Below, piece after piece: positions 1 to 12,600 of a stretch of DNA of 64,000 bases. The notes beneath the pieces were generated by a model that did no database searches, was not told the origin of the DNA, and was given only the letters and a program-made list of their open reading frames with translations. This stretch comes from the human T2T-CHM13v2.0 reference genome, Homo sapiens. Each line of letters begins with the position of its first letter. Position 1 is the stretch's first letter. The position numbers were made by a program, and so were the translations under genes. The stretch lies in assembly GCF_009914755.1 (NCBI RefSeq), contig NC_060941.1. One strand, written 5' to 3'.

Positions 1-101
1 CTGTGTTAGCCAGGATGGTCTCGATCTCCTGACCTCGTGATCCGCCCGCCTCAGCCTCCCAAAGTGCCTAGGATTACAGGGGTGAGCCACCGCGCCCGGC
101 C
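1..101 (-). mobile_element. Alu (AluY-like), partial, antisense
   Basis: ccaggatggtctcgatctcctgacctcgtgatccgcccgcc...gagccaccgcgcccggcc is the reverse complement of the Alu 5' end. Confidence 0.93.
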
Positions 102-1030
102 GTCTGCAGGGTTTTCATGACAGTGGAGATGCTTGGGCTGTGGCAGTGACCCCCGTCCCCCAGCCAGGAGCTTCTTGGATGAGCTAGTGGAGGTCGGCAG
201 CAGAGCCTGTGGCAGCTCTGAGGGTCGGCGTGGCCTCCTGGTGGAAGTTGCACCTGGTTTGCTTCCCTATGGTGCACCCCAGTTGTTGGGCAGCTTCATG
301 GGGGTCCCAGGGAGAGCTGCCTTTGCCTCTGGCCTGAAATGTTGACGCTGGAGAGAGGCTCCCGAATCAGAGTAGGAAGGCTGAGGCCCGGCTCGAGGTG
401 GGTGCAGAGGGCTTCCAACTGTGGTGACCCCATGATCTCTAGGCACAGCACATGATGTCCAGATTCTCCGGGCCCAGCTAAGTTCCGTGCCCTGTGAATG
501 AGACCAGTTGTTCATCTCTTCCTGGCTGGGTCTGAATCTTGGCCATTACAATGAGAATCCAGAGTCCAGATGATCCCACCCCTGGAGATGGGGGCTGGTC
601 TTGCACATTGCAGACTGACGATGGCTTCCTTTTTCCAGAGCCACTCGTCTGTGGGACACTTGGTGACCTCATCTACGGTAGAGTCTTCCGTAGCCCTCAC
701 ATGGCTCTCCGAGGTGTGGGTTTCTTCCCCGTCGTCCGCACACGGGGAAGTGGTGTGGATGCCGCTTCCAGTGGGTTGCGGTGGGGGCCGGGGCCTGTGT
801 TCCCCTCCTCTGGGTGAGCAGGCACTTCGGCCCTTTGATGCCACCAAGGCGTGGGTTCCGTTCGGGCCTTTCCGCTCCTGTTTGGTTCCTCATGAGGGTG
901 GCGGGGCTGAGTGTGGAGACTTGGAGCTTTACTTCCTGCTCCTGCTTTTCTTGATGGCCTGGTGGGAATGAGCTCGGCCGTCCAGGCAGCACCGCCACCT
1001 TAGCCGCAGCCAGCCGCCCTGGAGTCTCAC

Positions 1031-1322
1031 TTCTGCTGTTGCGTTTTTCTGCTGTTGCGTTTTTCTGCTGTTGCGTTTTTCTGCTGTTGCGTTTTTCTGC
1101 TGTTGCGTTTTTCTGCTGTTGCGTTTTTCTGCTGTTGCGTTTTTCTGCTGTTGCGTTTTTCTGCTGTTGCGTTTTTCTGCTGTTGCGTTTTTCTGCTGTT
1201 GCGTTTTTCTGCTGTTGCGTTTTTCTGCTGTTGCGTTTTTCTGCTGTTGCGTTTTTCTGCTGTTGCGTTTTTCTGCTGTTGCGTTTTTCTGCTGTTGCGT
1301 TTTTCTGCTGTTGCGTTTTTCT
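1031..1322. repeat. Perfect tandem repeat (TTCTGCTGTTGCGTTT) x18.25
   Basis: Unit starts recur exactly every 16 nt from 1031 to 1303, with no mismatches seen. Confidence 0.98.
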
Positions 1323-2260
1323 TTTGTTCGAGGCAGCACACCCGTCCCAGGCACAGGCCTTCATTCCTCTGTGGACGTGGTCTTGTGCCGCAGAACAAAT
1401 TGTGCGCTTAATTGAAAAGTATATAAATAAAATCTGATAAAGTGCCCAGTTATAGGCCCCTAAGTGGGTTCTGTAGAAAACGGATTAGAAATTGTAATTA
1501 CACTGCTCTCCGGGGCCCTGCCCCGCCCTTTCTGTGGCCTGGAGGTCAGGGCGGGGCTCCCTGTCAGGTGGAGGAGTTTGCCAGGCACTCCCTGGAGTCC
1601 CTGAGGAGGAAGCCCAGGCTCTTCCAGGAGCCTGCTCCACCCCTGTGGCTGTGGAGGAGTTCAGCAGGCCCGGAGCCCTTCACACCCACTTCTGATTAGA
1701 TCAGACTCTGCCTCTGAGATGCTGGGAGGCCCCTCAGGCGGCGGCAATACCAAGTAATGCCTTTAGCCTCCTTTGATCAGCTGTGACGGGCGTCCTGGTC
1801 TGAGACTGTGAAGCAATTGGAAATAGTTCTCCCACTCCAGGCTCAGCTTGGGGATCTGTGGGGAAATGGCTTCCTACTGCCCAGCTCTGCAGTTTCCTTG
1901 CCCAGGGTTGGTTCTTTGTCTCATGAAATACAGTTAGTACAACACTCCCTCCCCCCGGCCCTGCCTGGTAGCACGTGATAGGGATCAGCTCTCTGCAATT
2001 TGACTTGAATAGCTCAGGACCTGAACTGGTACGTTGTGTTCTTACGAGTCAAGGGAGCTCTCATGATTGGGGTGAAACAAGAATATCAACAAGAGATGGG
2101 TTCTGTCCAACCCAGAAATCACAGCGAGTCGAGTATTCTCCCAGCTTGTCTGGGCAGGAGACAGGGTTGGGCCTGTGCGTGCCAAGACTGCCGTGTTTTT
2201 GCTGGGGGTCTTGTCTGTCCCTCGTGGAGGAAATAACTGCTCCCTTTTCTTCTCTCTCAG

Positions 2261-2347
2261 GTGTGACGTATGCAGCCAAAGGCTACTTTGACGCCCTGGT
2301 GAAGATGGGGGAGCTGGCCAGCGAGAGCCAGGGCTCCAAAGAACTCG
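2261..2347 (+). CDS. BAIAP2: BAIAP2 coding exon 3 (I-BAR/IMD): (G)VTYAAKGYFDALVKMGELASESQGSKEL(G)
   Basis: Polypyrimidine tract and tctcag acceptor ending at 2260, gtgaga donor at 2348; 87 nt; translation matches the IRSp53 IMD as I recall it. Confidence 0.97.
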
Positions 2348-3830
2348 GTGAGACCCCCCCCCCCCCCCCGCCTGGTAGTCGCCTGATGCCCTCAGGCAGC
2401 TCTGAGGCCCTGTCCTGTGTCCAGCCGCTTTTTGATTTGGGATCAGGTTTTGCCTGTCAAATAGGAAAATATTTTAATGACAGTCACCCTGGGAGCTGCC
2501 TTGTGGGGCACACCCTGCTGAAAGTGGGTGCTGGGTCCCCGTCCCCTGAGGCGTGCAGCCTGGGGTGAGGACAGCAGGCAAACCCACGTTTAAAGGTGTT
2601 CCCGGCAAATTGGAGCGGCTGACATGGGGGTCTGTGTGCTTGGATGTTGGGATTAGATGGCGTGGGAATTCATTCCTGGTATTAAAATGAGTGAAAAAGG
2701 ATGCAAGCCCACGTGTGGTGTGGCCCTGAGGAAGACACCCCAGCAGCATGAGTGGGTGGATTTCCTGGAGGGCAGGTTATGTTATTGATGCTTTGTCTGT
2801 GTTTAGCAAATTTTCTGTGATCGCTCCTGTGACGTCTATGTCAAGGGACACAGGGTGAAACCTGGAAATTCAGGGCCCACGTGGTGGTGCTGCAGGCGTG
2901 GCTTAGACGGAGTCCATGCTTCCACAGTCCCCTCACCTAGCAGGGTGGTGCTGAGGTTTCCTCTGCCCGCCTGGGAGACCCCGGGCCGGCTGCCTGTGCT
3001 CACTTGCTGCTCCCAGAGCGAGCTGTGGCCGGCAGAGCGGCCCTTGACGCACAAGGAAGCCTGAGTCGCTGGAGAAACCACTTGGATTCCTCTTCCCTCT
3101 GGTCACGGAGGACAGGCTGCGCTCACTCTTGACCGTCTCCCCGTGGCCGCCAATCTGGGAGGTGGTCTGCAGGTCTGGAGACCCTCGGATGGGGAAGAGT
3201 CACTGTGACTGGCCCTGTTCCCTTCTTTCTACTTTTCTTCTCGGGGACTGAAAGCCCCCTTGACTGACAGAGGCCCTGGCTGAGTCGGCAGGCGGTGGGC
3301 TGGGGGGTCGTGGGTTGCTCTGTGTCACTTCCAGCTCCCAGAAGAGGCTCCGTCTCCCTAATGCTGAGGCTCTGGGGCTGGGACCCCAGGAACCCAGCTT
3401 TGCCTGTCCAGGCCCCGTTCTCTCCAGTTCACTCACGACGTCCTGCGCCGGGAGGCAGACCTGCCGGCCGCACTTCGCAGCCCCCTGGGGACCCTCATCG
3501 GAGCCCCCCCCCCACGCCCCCACAGGCTGCTGCCTTGGGCAGGCCCGCTGGCGTGTTTGCTGCAGGTCTGGTGATGCCCGGGCGGCTGGAGTTTCTCGAG
3601 GCACCGCTGTGCTGACAGACTGGGGAGGAGAGGAGGAGGCACTCTGGGCGGGGTCCCCGGGCCTCCGCAGACTCAGCCTGGAGGATGACGTGTGAGATGC
3701 ATGGTGTTAGGGTGACGGAGGCTGAGACTCCAGTGCAACCAACAGCAGCCTGCCTTGGAGCTCCTGGGCCCTGACCGGGTCTTCAGGGTTTGGAGAAGGG
3801 CAGAAGCAGTGGGTGTCTGTGAAAGGGGCA

Positions 3831-4130
3831 TTTTCTTTTTCATTAGAGACAGGGTCTTGCTCTGTCGCCCAGGCTGGAATGCAGAACTATCGTGGCTCAC
3901 TGTGGCCTTGAACTCATGGGCTCAAGTGATCCTCCTGCCTCAGCCTCCCTAGTAGCTGGGACCACAGGCGTGCGCCACCACGCCCAGCTGATTTTTTATT
4001 TTTAATTTTTTGTAGAGAAAAGGTCTTACTGTGTTGCCCAGGCTGGTCTTGAGCTCCTGGGCTCAAGTGATCTTCCCACCTTAGCCTCCTAGACTGCTGG
4101 GATTATAGGCGTGAGCCACCACGCCTGGCT
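3831..4130 (-). mobile_element. Alu (AluJ-like), antisense
   Basis: gagacagggtcttgctctgtcgcccaggctgga...gtgagccaccacgcctggc. Confidence 0.9.
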
Positions 4131-4544
4131 GAAAGAGGCATTGTCTTACCATAATTAACCAGGTGTTGAGGAGATGAGGTAGAGGACCAGGTGTCTTCGC
4201 CCCTTGGTCGCATGAGGGTCTGCCCGTGGGGAACTCCAGGCTCTTGTGGCCCACAGTGAGGGGTGGGTGGGTCCGAAATGGGTGGGATTCCAGAACTTCC
4301 TGTTGGCGGAGTCCCTGGTGGTTGACTGCAAGAAGGCGCTGAGCCCACATGGGCACAAGGAGGAGGAGGGAAGCTTCAGAAGAGAGGGAGACGTGAGGGC
4401 TCTTACTTGGATCAGGGAGCGTCTGTTTACCTGTGGCCTTTTGGAATCTCTCCCCGGGCTCCTCCTGGAGCGTGGAGCCCCGCTGTGTGCATCTGCAGAG
4501 GGCCAGCCACATGTCAGCCTTGCTCTGGGAGTCAGGTTTTCTTG

Positions 4545-5075
4545 CCGGTAACAGCTTGATTGACAGAATTCACATGCCATACAGTTACCCCATTAGAGTG
4601 TACAGTTCTGTGGCTTAGTGTATTTACAGTGTGCAACCATTGCCCCATCTAACTCCAAAGCATTTTTATCACCCCAAAGCGTTTTTAGCACCCCAAAAAG
4701 AAATCCCATACCCCTTAAGCAGTCCCTCCCTCATCCCCACGCTCCCAGCCCCTGGCAGCCACACCACTGTGTCTGTCTCTCCGGACTGGCCCATTCTAGA
4801 CATTTCATATAAATGGAGTCATACGGTGTGTGACCTTCTGTGTCTGACCCTTTTCCCTGAGCACATGTTTACCGTCCCTCTGTGCTATAGCCCGTGTCAG
4901 GGCTTCATTCCTGTTTGTGGCTGAACGATGATCCATTGCACAGGCAGACCCATTTCATTTATCTGGGGTTGCTGTCACCTTCCGGCAGCTGTGAGCCTGT
5001 TTTCATCTCTCCTGGGCATGCACCGAAACTGGAATTGCCGGGTCAGATGGCTGGGAGTTGAGTTTTTATGAAAGC
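4545..5075 (-). mobile_element. Old L1 (L1M-type) 3' fragment, antisense
   Basis: Typical L1M antisense phrases such as 'ccattctagacatttcatataaatggagtcatac'; boundaries approximate. Confidence 0.65.
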
Positions 5076-5210
5076 AACACATCCTTGTTTCAAACAAAGT
5101 CAGCCACTTCCCACCCTCCTAGTGTGGCCAAGTCCTACTGCACAGAGGCGGCTCCCTCGGCTGCGTGTCTAAGAGGGCAGGTTTATGCCATTCCTCCTCC
5201 TCCTCCTCTA

Positions 5211-5674
<464 letters not shown>

Positions 5675-5689
5675 TTATGATGACTGTTT

Positions 5690-6330
5690 GTACAACTTCA
5701 TCGAGGTGTCTGAGTGTCCAGTGTGATGAGTTTTGACGTGTGTACACCTGTGAAGCTGTGGCCACAATCACAATGGTGAACTTGTCCGTCTCTCGAAGAG
5801 TCCTCGGGCCCTCCCTCCCCATCTCCAGGCAACCACTGATCCGCTTTCTGTCACTGTAATTTAGCATGCATTTGCTGGAGTTTTACATACATGGAACCAT
5901 ACGGCGTGTCTTCTTTTTTTGTCCAGCTTCCTCGGGTGTGCGTGGTTATTCTGAGCTGCCTTCCTGCTGCGCGCGTCAGGAATTTGTTGCATTTCGTCGC
6001 TTGCAGGGTCCTGTTGTGCGGAGGTGCCACAGTTTGGCCGTACCCTCATCTGTTGATGGACACCTGGGTGTTTTTAGCTTGGGGCGTTCCTAAATTTTCA
6101 TTTCCTTAATTAACTGATGTTGTGGAGCATCTTTTTGTGTTTTTGTTCACCACTGATCTCTCTTGGTGAAGTGTGTGTTCGAATCTTCCCCCTTTGTTTC
6201 ACTTGGCTTTTGTCTTCTTAAGTTACGAGAGTCCTCTGTATACTCTAGATGGAAGTCCCTTGCCAGGAATCTATTTTGCACATATTTACTTTCAGTCTGG
6301 TGGGCCTTTCCTTTTTGTAATAGTGGTTTT
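5690..6330 (-). mobile_element. Old L1 (L1M-type) fragment, antisense
   Basis: 'caggcaaccactgatccgctttctgtcactgta', 'tgttgatggacacctgggtg', 'catttccttaattaactgatgttgtggagcatcttt'; boundaries approximate. Confidence 0.6.
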
Positions 6331-6332
6331 AG

Positions 6333-6628
<296 letters not shown>

Positions 6629-9600
6629 ATCTGTAATAGTGTTTTTAGAACAAAAGTATTTAATTTTAATGTAGTTCAATGGACTGATTTTTTTTTTTTT
6701 GGTATTACAGTTTTTTGGTATTATAGCTCATGGATTTTTGTTATTATGACTCTGTGGTATTTATTATGACGCCTTTGCTTTTCTGGAGTTAATAATGGTC
6801 TCGCGTCTTGGTTCGCTTCATTTTCAATGCGCCATCACGAATTTCTCCCCACAGCCTCAGCTGCACCCTTGCACTGGCTTTGCTGTTGGCTGGGAGGTCA
6901 GTCTCTGTTTCTTCTCCTTTTGGAGCCTCCCTGCTCCCTCGTGGGCTGCTCGGCCGTGCAGAGTCAGCTTCTCCTCCTCCCGGGTCAGAGCCCCGTGTTT
7001 TCTGGGTCCTGTGTCTTTACTGTTCCTGTATTACTCCCACCATTTGGGGAATTGTCTTTTTCTTTCCTTTTTTTTTTTTTTTCGGTTAGGTTTCTGAGTG
7101 GGTGAACGGGGAATGTGTTTGAGCCAGTACGTGTCTGCCATTGTCTCTGCTGGTGGCTTAGCTGGTTTGGAGTTTGCAGGTGGAAGATGCTCTGTGTTCA
7201 GAGTCTGAGGGCCTCACACCGTCGTCTTCCAGCTCCCACCGCTGCTGTGTTCAGGGCCACCTTGGTGCTGATTTTATGTGAGTGTTACTTCCCCCCCGCC
7301 CCCCCGCCGCCCCCACCAGCTCTGGAGATGTTTGTGCTGGGGTGTTAGGAATTTCCTGCCGATATCTTTCCTGTGGTGGCAGGTCCTGAGAGGCTTGTGA
7401 ACAGCATCACTCCATGATTGAGAGTGGTGTGCAGCCTCCAGGGCCCACAGGAGCGGGGACCTGAGCGAGGAGGACTGCAGGGGTTAAGAGGAGGGGTGAA
7501 GGAGAGGGGCAAAGGGTGTGTCCAAAGGTGTGAGGTGGACAGAAACAAGAGGCTTTTGCAGAAATGTGAAAGGTCTGGAGCGTATGAGGGGGTGAGGCTG
7601 GGAGGGGAGGCAGGGCTTTGAGGAGCCCAGGGCCTTGTAGAGATTCCAGGCTTGGTGCCACAGGAAGATGGATTTGTGCAACCTGCCTTTCTCACTGTGT
7701 CTTAGGGTCCATCTGTCATCTGTGTTCTTGCCACACGCGGATGCCTTCGTTTTCACTGCTGTAGAATATTCCATAAACGTGTAACAGTTTCTCTGTCCTC
7801 CTCGGTGAGCAGTTGAGTTACCCCTGGTGAGTTTTTCTGGATGAGCTCGAGGCCCAAGGGGCCCTGAGGCTGAGCTCTCCTGCGGGATGAATTCCACAAG
7901 GCCCCGTGGGGTTGTGCGGCAGCCACTTGGGCAGTAAGTGAAGGAGGCGTTCGTCTCACTCCCCAGGCCGGGGGCTCAGCAGTTGCCCTGGGAGTTTTGC
8001 TTTCTGTGTTTGCAGGCTGTGTTATTAAGTGCGTGTGTGTGGGTGTGCCTTCCTGAGCTGCGCCCTATTATCGCGAGGTGGCTTGCTCTGGCCCTGAACA
8101 GTCTTATTTTTGGTTCGTTTGGTTGGGTGTTGAGTTTGTTTCCTGTTCTTCCTCTTCAGCCCCGGGGACGTTGCTCATTTCTGGTCACCTTCTCCTCCAG
8201 CTGTCCTTGCTGCCCCAGGATGGGAGGATGGAAGGTGCTGTCCCTGCTCTCTGGGAATGAGCCAGGCCCTCAGTGGGTGGAGCCCCTCCCAGGAAGGCAG
8301 AGCCCTGGTCTGTGCTGGGGTGGAGGTGCTCAGCTCAGCTCAGACCAGCCCCTTGCTTGGCCGGGAGGTGGTTTTCAGTGATTTGGTCCTGACACCCGGC
8401 CGAGCAGGGCCCCAGCCTGTCCTCTCTCTGCTGGCCTCCCACCCGGGCCCCTCTGGGTGTGGCCTTGTGGCCATATGGGGCCAGGGTTGCCAGGCAAGCA
8501 GTGGTGCCAACCCTGGCTGCCCTTCTTCCTCCTCTTCTCATTCCTTCCCCACTTTCATTCTTCGCACCTTTTCTTTCCCGTGTGGCACCTGCTCTACTCA
8601 CAGGGCAGTCTGCCTTTAGTCCTGTGGGTCTCTCTGTACCTGCACCTCTGGCCCTGTAGTGCCCACAGCCGGGGAGGTGGCCTCGGGCTATGTAGCCCTC
8701 ACGGGGAGGTCCTGTCTTCAGCCCCGTCAGGATGACGAGGATTCGGCTGCACTGACTCCCGGCTAATCACTGTGGATGATGCTGCCCGCTCCCCCTTTCC
8801 CTGCAGAGCCCTGAGCTCTGTTCTTCCTGGGAAGAGTGAGGGTCCTGGCAGCACCCCCTCACTGTAGCCAAGCGTGCTGCTCCAAGTGAGCCCCAGGTCT
8901 CCGGAGCCGGGAGCCAGCCTTGGCCTGCGTGAGCTTTCATGCTTCTGAACCAGAGCCTGGCCCAGGGGTGAAAGCCCAGAGAGTCTTTTTTTTGCTTTAA
9001 ATGAGCAGCTGGGGCTGCCCCTTTGTTCTCTCTCCTGGAGTGAGGAGTGGCTGGGTCAGAGCCGGCCTTTGGTGATGTGGGTCTTTCTGTACCTGTGGCT
9101 CTGGCCGTCTGGCACACAGCTGGGGAGGCAGCCTCGGGCTTTGTGGCCTGCAGACCTCACAGACGGAAGGGCCTCCCGTCTTCAGTCAGAGACTGTTTTT
9201 TCCCTGCAGTGAAAGAGTTTCTGCAGTTAACTCTCAGGGCTTTGCTTTGATATGGCAAGCGCTTAGTCAGGGAATGGAGTGGCAGCTCCAAGTTCCGGAA
9301 GCTTCTCACAGCCCTTCTAATCCCCTAGCCGGCAGCCACCCACACTTGGCTGTCTGCTGGCTGACTGGTTTTCCAATCCCCGCCATGGTGTTTCTCCCTT
9401 CCAGCTCCGGCAGGCGTGATTCCGGGGCACACCCACTGCTCTCAAAGCCCCTGAGCCAGTGCCTGGGTTAGACTTTTCCCAGGGGCGTCTGCTCCTCATC
9501 CTCTTGGGCTTTGTGCTTGGGTTGACTGGCAGCTCGGGGAGACTGGAGTGGCCGGCTGGATCTGAGTCCTGTAGGCCAGTCCTGGCATGTGTAGACACTC

Positions 9601-12600
9601 AGTGTCCCTGTGGCCCAGGAGCAAGCCTGGCAGGTGACCCGAGGGAGGGCGGGCCCAGCCTGGTCACAGAAGCAGTGCTGTGCCCGTCCCGGCCCCCTGC
9701 AGGGGTCCAGGGTCCTGAGCTGAGAGCCTCAGGAATCTGGGGAATTTGCTAAGATGTGTGAGTGGCTCCTCCTCTGTTTTGGGCACCTCCCTGGAGGCTG
9801 GCACCACCAGGGGCTGGTGTGGAGACCCAAGGGTGGAGGGCAGGGCAGGTGCTCACCATGCCGCTGGGCCGTGTGGGTGCCTGGGTGGACGTGGCACTGG
9901 TTCTTTGTGCGGGTGGAGGACAGCTGTCCAGTCTGCCTCACCGACAGCTGTGGTTTGCAGTGTCCTGTGACTGCACTCCTGAGCACACCCCTCCACCCCC
10001 TTGCTGCTGACAGCTGCCTATGGCCCAGGCCCTCTCGCTCCCCCACCCGAGGCTGGGCGCACAGAGCTGGGCTGAGCCTGGGTCTATGCTGGCCAACGGG
10101 AGAGGCAGATGGGAGGAGCAGGCCAGAGTCCCAGTGACCTGGGGTCCTGGTACAACGTGTACACCTGGGCAGGTGGCTCTAGCACTGTGTGCCAGAACCG
10201 TCTGTATGAAAAGAGGGTCACGTAGCTGCCCTTTGGCCTGGCTGTGCAGGGAGGCTAAGGTCTAATCACCCTGTAGAGAGTTGTCGGCTCTTCAGGACGG
10301 TGCCCTGTCTTCAGTGAGGGGGGCTGTCATTGCAGTGAGCGGGGCCGCAGCCCTCCCCAGCAGAGAGCACTGCACTTCCTTTGTGTGGTCAGACCCGCAT
10401 GTCCAGCCTGTCTATCTGGGGCCCTGAGCCTGTTGTGTTTCTTGTCCAACTGCTCTGTGGCCCTGCCACGGAACACCTGAGCCAGGCTGTTTTGCTCAGC
10501 CCTTTCCCATCTCTGGAGGCCTCTGGTGTGTTTTTGTCCTTTGAAGAGGCCGCTGTGTACCCGCTGGTGCCCACAGCATGCTTGTTTGTGATCACAGGGC
10601 GTGTGTGTACCTGCTGGGCGCACTGGGCCTGTCCTCTGCCAGCTGCCCGGCATCCCCAGGTGCCCGGGAGAGTGGCAGGAGCTCCCTGTTGGGCCAGCCT
10701 CAGAATGAGGATGTTAGCTGGCAGGGGGCATTGTCCCTGCCTGAAACTGTGGGCTGGATTTTGGTCACTGAGTCACTGAATTAAGGTGTGGCCTGGAAAC
10801 TTCCCATAGCTGTTGGCTGCAGTGCACGCCTCGTTGTCCAGAGTGAGGCAGGTGTTCTGAATGCCCACCTGGGAGAGCTGGGGCCTGGGGCCCCCACGGG
10901 TCAGGTGGTGCCCCTCCTGTCCCCGCAGGTGTCGGCCTCCCTCTTAGAGGCACTGAGTGGCTCCCTCCGTGTGTGCGGCATCTCTGCGTCTCTGAAACGT
11001 GGGGGCCTGTGCAGAAGGGAAGGTCCTTGGTCATGTGAACCCCAAGGGGACTTCGGGGCTGTCCCCAGTGGCTCCCGTTGGCCAAAGTGGCTCGGAAGCA
11101 CCATCTCATGTCACTCACCTGGTAGGGCCTCCTGCTCTCTGTGAGGCCAGGCTGTGTCACGGCCCCTCTGGGCTCAGGCGGCTCCATGCACAGTGCACCC
11201 CGGGGCCCATGTGTCCCAGCCTCCTCCTGCAGGTGGAGGCCGCAGCCTCCCTTTGGGCCAGTGACTGTGACAGCAGTGTATGGGCATGACACCTGCTTTC
11301 AGGCCCTCACGGCAGGGCCTTGCCTTGTAGGCTGCCAAGTCTTCCTGACAGACACCATTTGAAGGCCTTAATTAGATCAACCTTACATCCCCGAGGGGGC
11401 CTGACACGGAGGTCCCTGGTTGGTCCCGGACCTCCAGCACAGCGGCGCCTGCAGATGAGAGGGAAGCGAGATGCCCCTGGCCCAAGCCCAGCCTGGGGGC
11501 TTCCCTTCCAGAGCCCAACCGCTTGCTCCGACCTGCCTGTACCTGCCTTCCCCCCCACACTATTCCTCCCTCCCTACAGTAGGACTCGGGCAGGGGTGCT
11601 CCAGAGACAGCCACCTGAAGAAGCCACCAGGATGCTTGGGAAGGACGCTGCCCTGGGCCCTGCCTCCCGCCCCATGGGGATCTTTCAGGCCCCCACCGCC
11701 TGTTCGCAGAGGCGCGTCCTCCTGCTGAACTCTGTGGGGACCCTCCAGCACCTGAGCAGGGGAAGGGGGCGGGGGGGCCTCATGGTGGGCGGGTGGAGGG
11801 CCTTGTTCCCCTCTGGCTGTGGCTGGGGATGGCCCAGCCCTGCCCGCCTGCCAACAGCTTTGCGGTGCAGGCTGAGCTCTGCAGGGAGATTAGCAGCCGT
11901 CCTGATTGGATTGGCCGTGTTGCAGCCGCGGCAGCCAAGTGTGGGCCCCTGGTCTGGCTGCTCCGTGGTTTGATCCTGAGCCGTTTCCTGCTGGTGATCA
12001 GTAGCTCCGAGCGTCACCCACAGAGGGGCTGCTGGAGTCTCACTCAGCAAGAGGCTCTGAGGCCCGGCCAGGTGTCCTCTGCCGGCGTTGCTGCTGCTCC
12101 CTTTGGCCCAGCATCGCAGCGGGGAGGCACCCTCCCTGAGCGCTCACGCCACAGCGTCAGGCCTCAGCCGGCCAGAGCAGGGAGGACAGCTGGTCTCTCC
12201 CCTGAGATGCCGGGGCTGCCTGTCCCCCGGTTGGGGCACAGCTGATGGCACCTGCCGTCCCTCGGTGCTGTCACCAGTGCTCCCTAGGGAGGGAAAGAGA
12301 GGAGCCGCTCAGCCTTCCTCCTCAAGCCAGGAGCTGCTGAGGTGCTGGCTGCCTCCGATGTGGCCCCACACAGTGTTGGCCGCAGGCCGAGGGGCCTGGG
12401 GGCACAGGTGCCGGCTCAGGAGCCTCTGTGGGCAGGTGTCTGCATCTCTGGGGTCCTGGGGGACGTGGGTCCCATGCACTTTGGGTGGTGCCAGTTGGCA
12501 GAAGGGTGGGCACGTCAGGCCTGGCAGACACTGGTCGCAGCCACGCAGGGAGATGACGGCCGGTGCTCTCAGGGCGGCCTCTGCTCCTGTTTGCATCTTG

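Noticed and set aside
1031-1322. CRISPR-like array
   Set aside because: Head-to-tail repeats with no unique spacers, in a eukaryotic intron with no cas genes.
669-1437. Six overlapping ORFs with repeating KNATAEKRNSRKTQQQ or RFSAVAFFCCCVFLLL peptides
   Set aside because: They follow directly from the stop-free 16-bp repeat; there is no exon structure or credible start.
1975-2568. 197-aa ORF as an N-terminally extended product
   Set aside because: Only 2261-2347 is the exon; the ORF starts at GTG with no upstream in-frame ATG, and the flanks are intronic.
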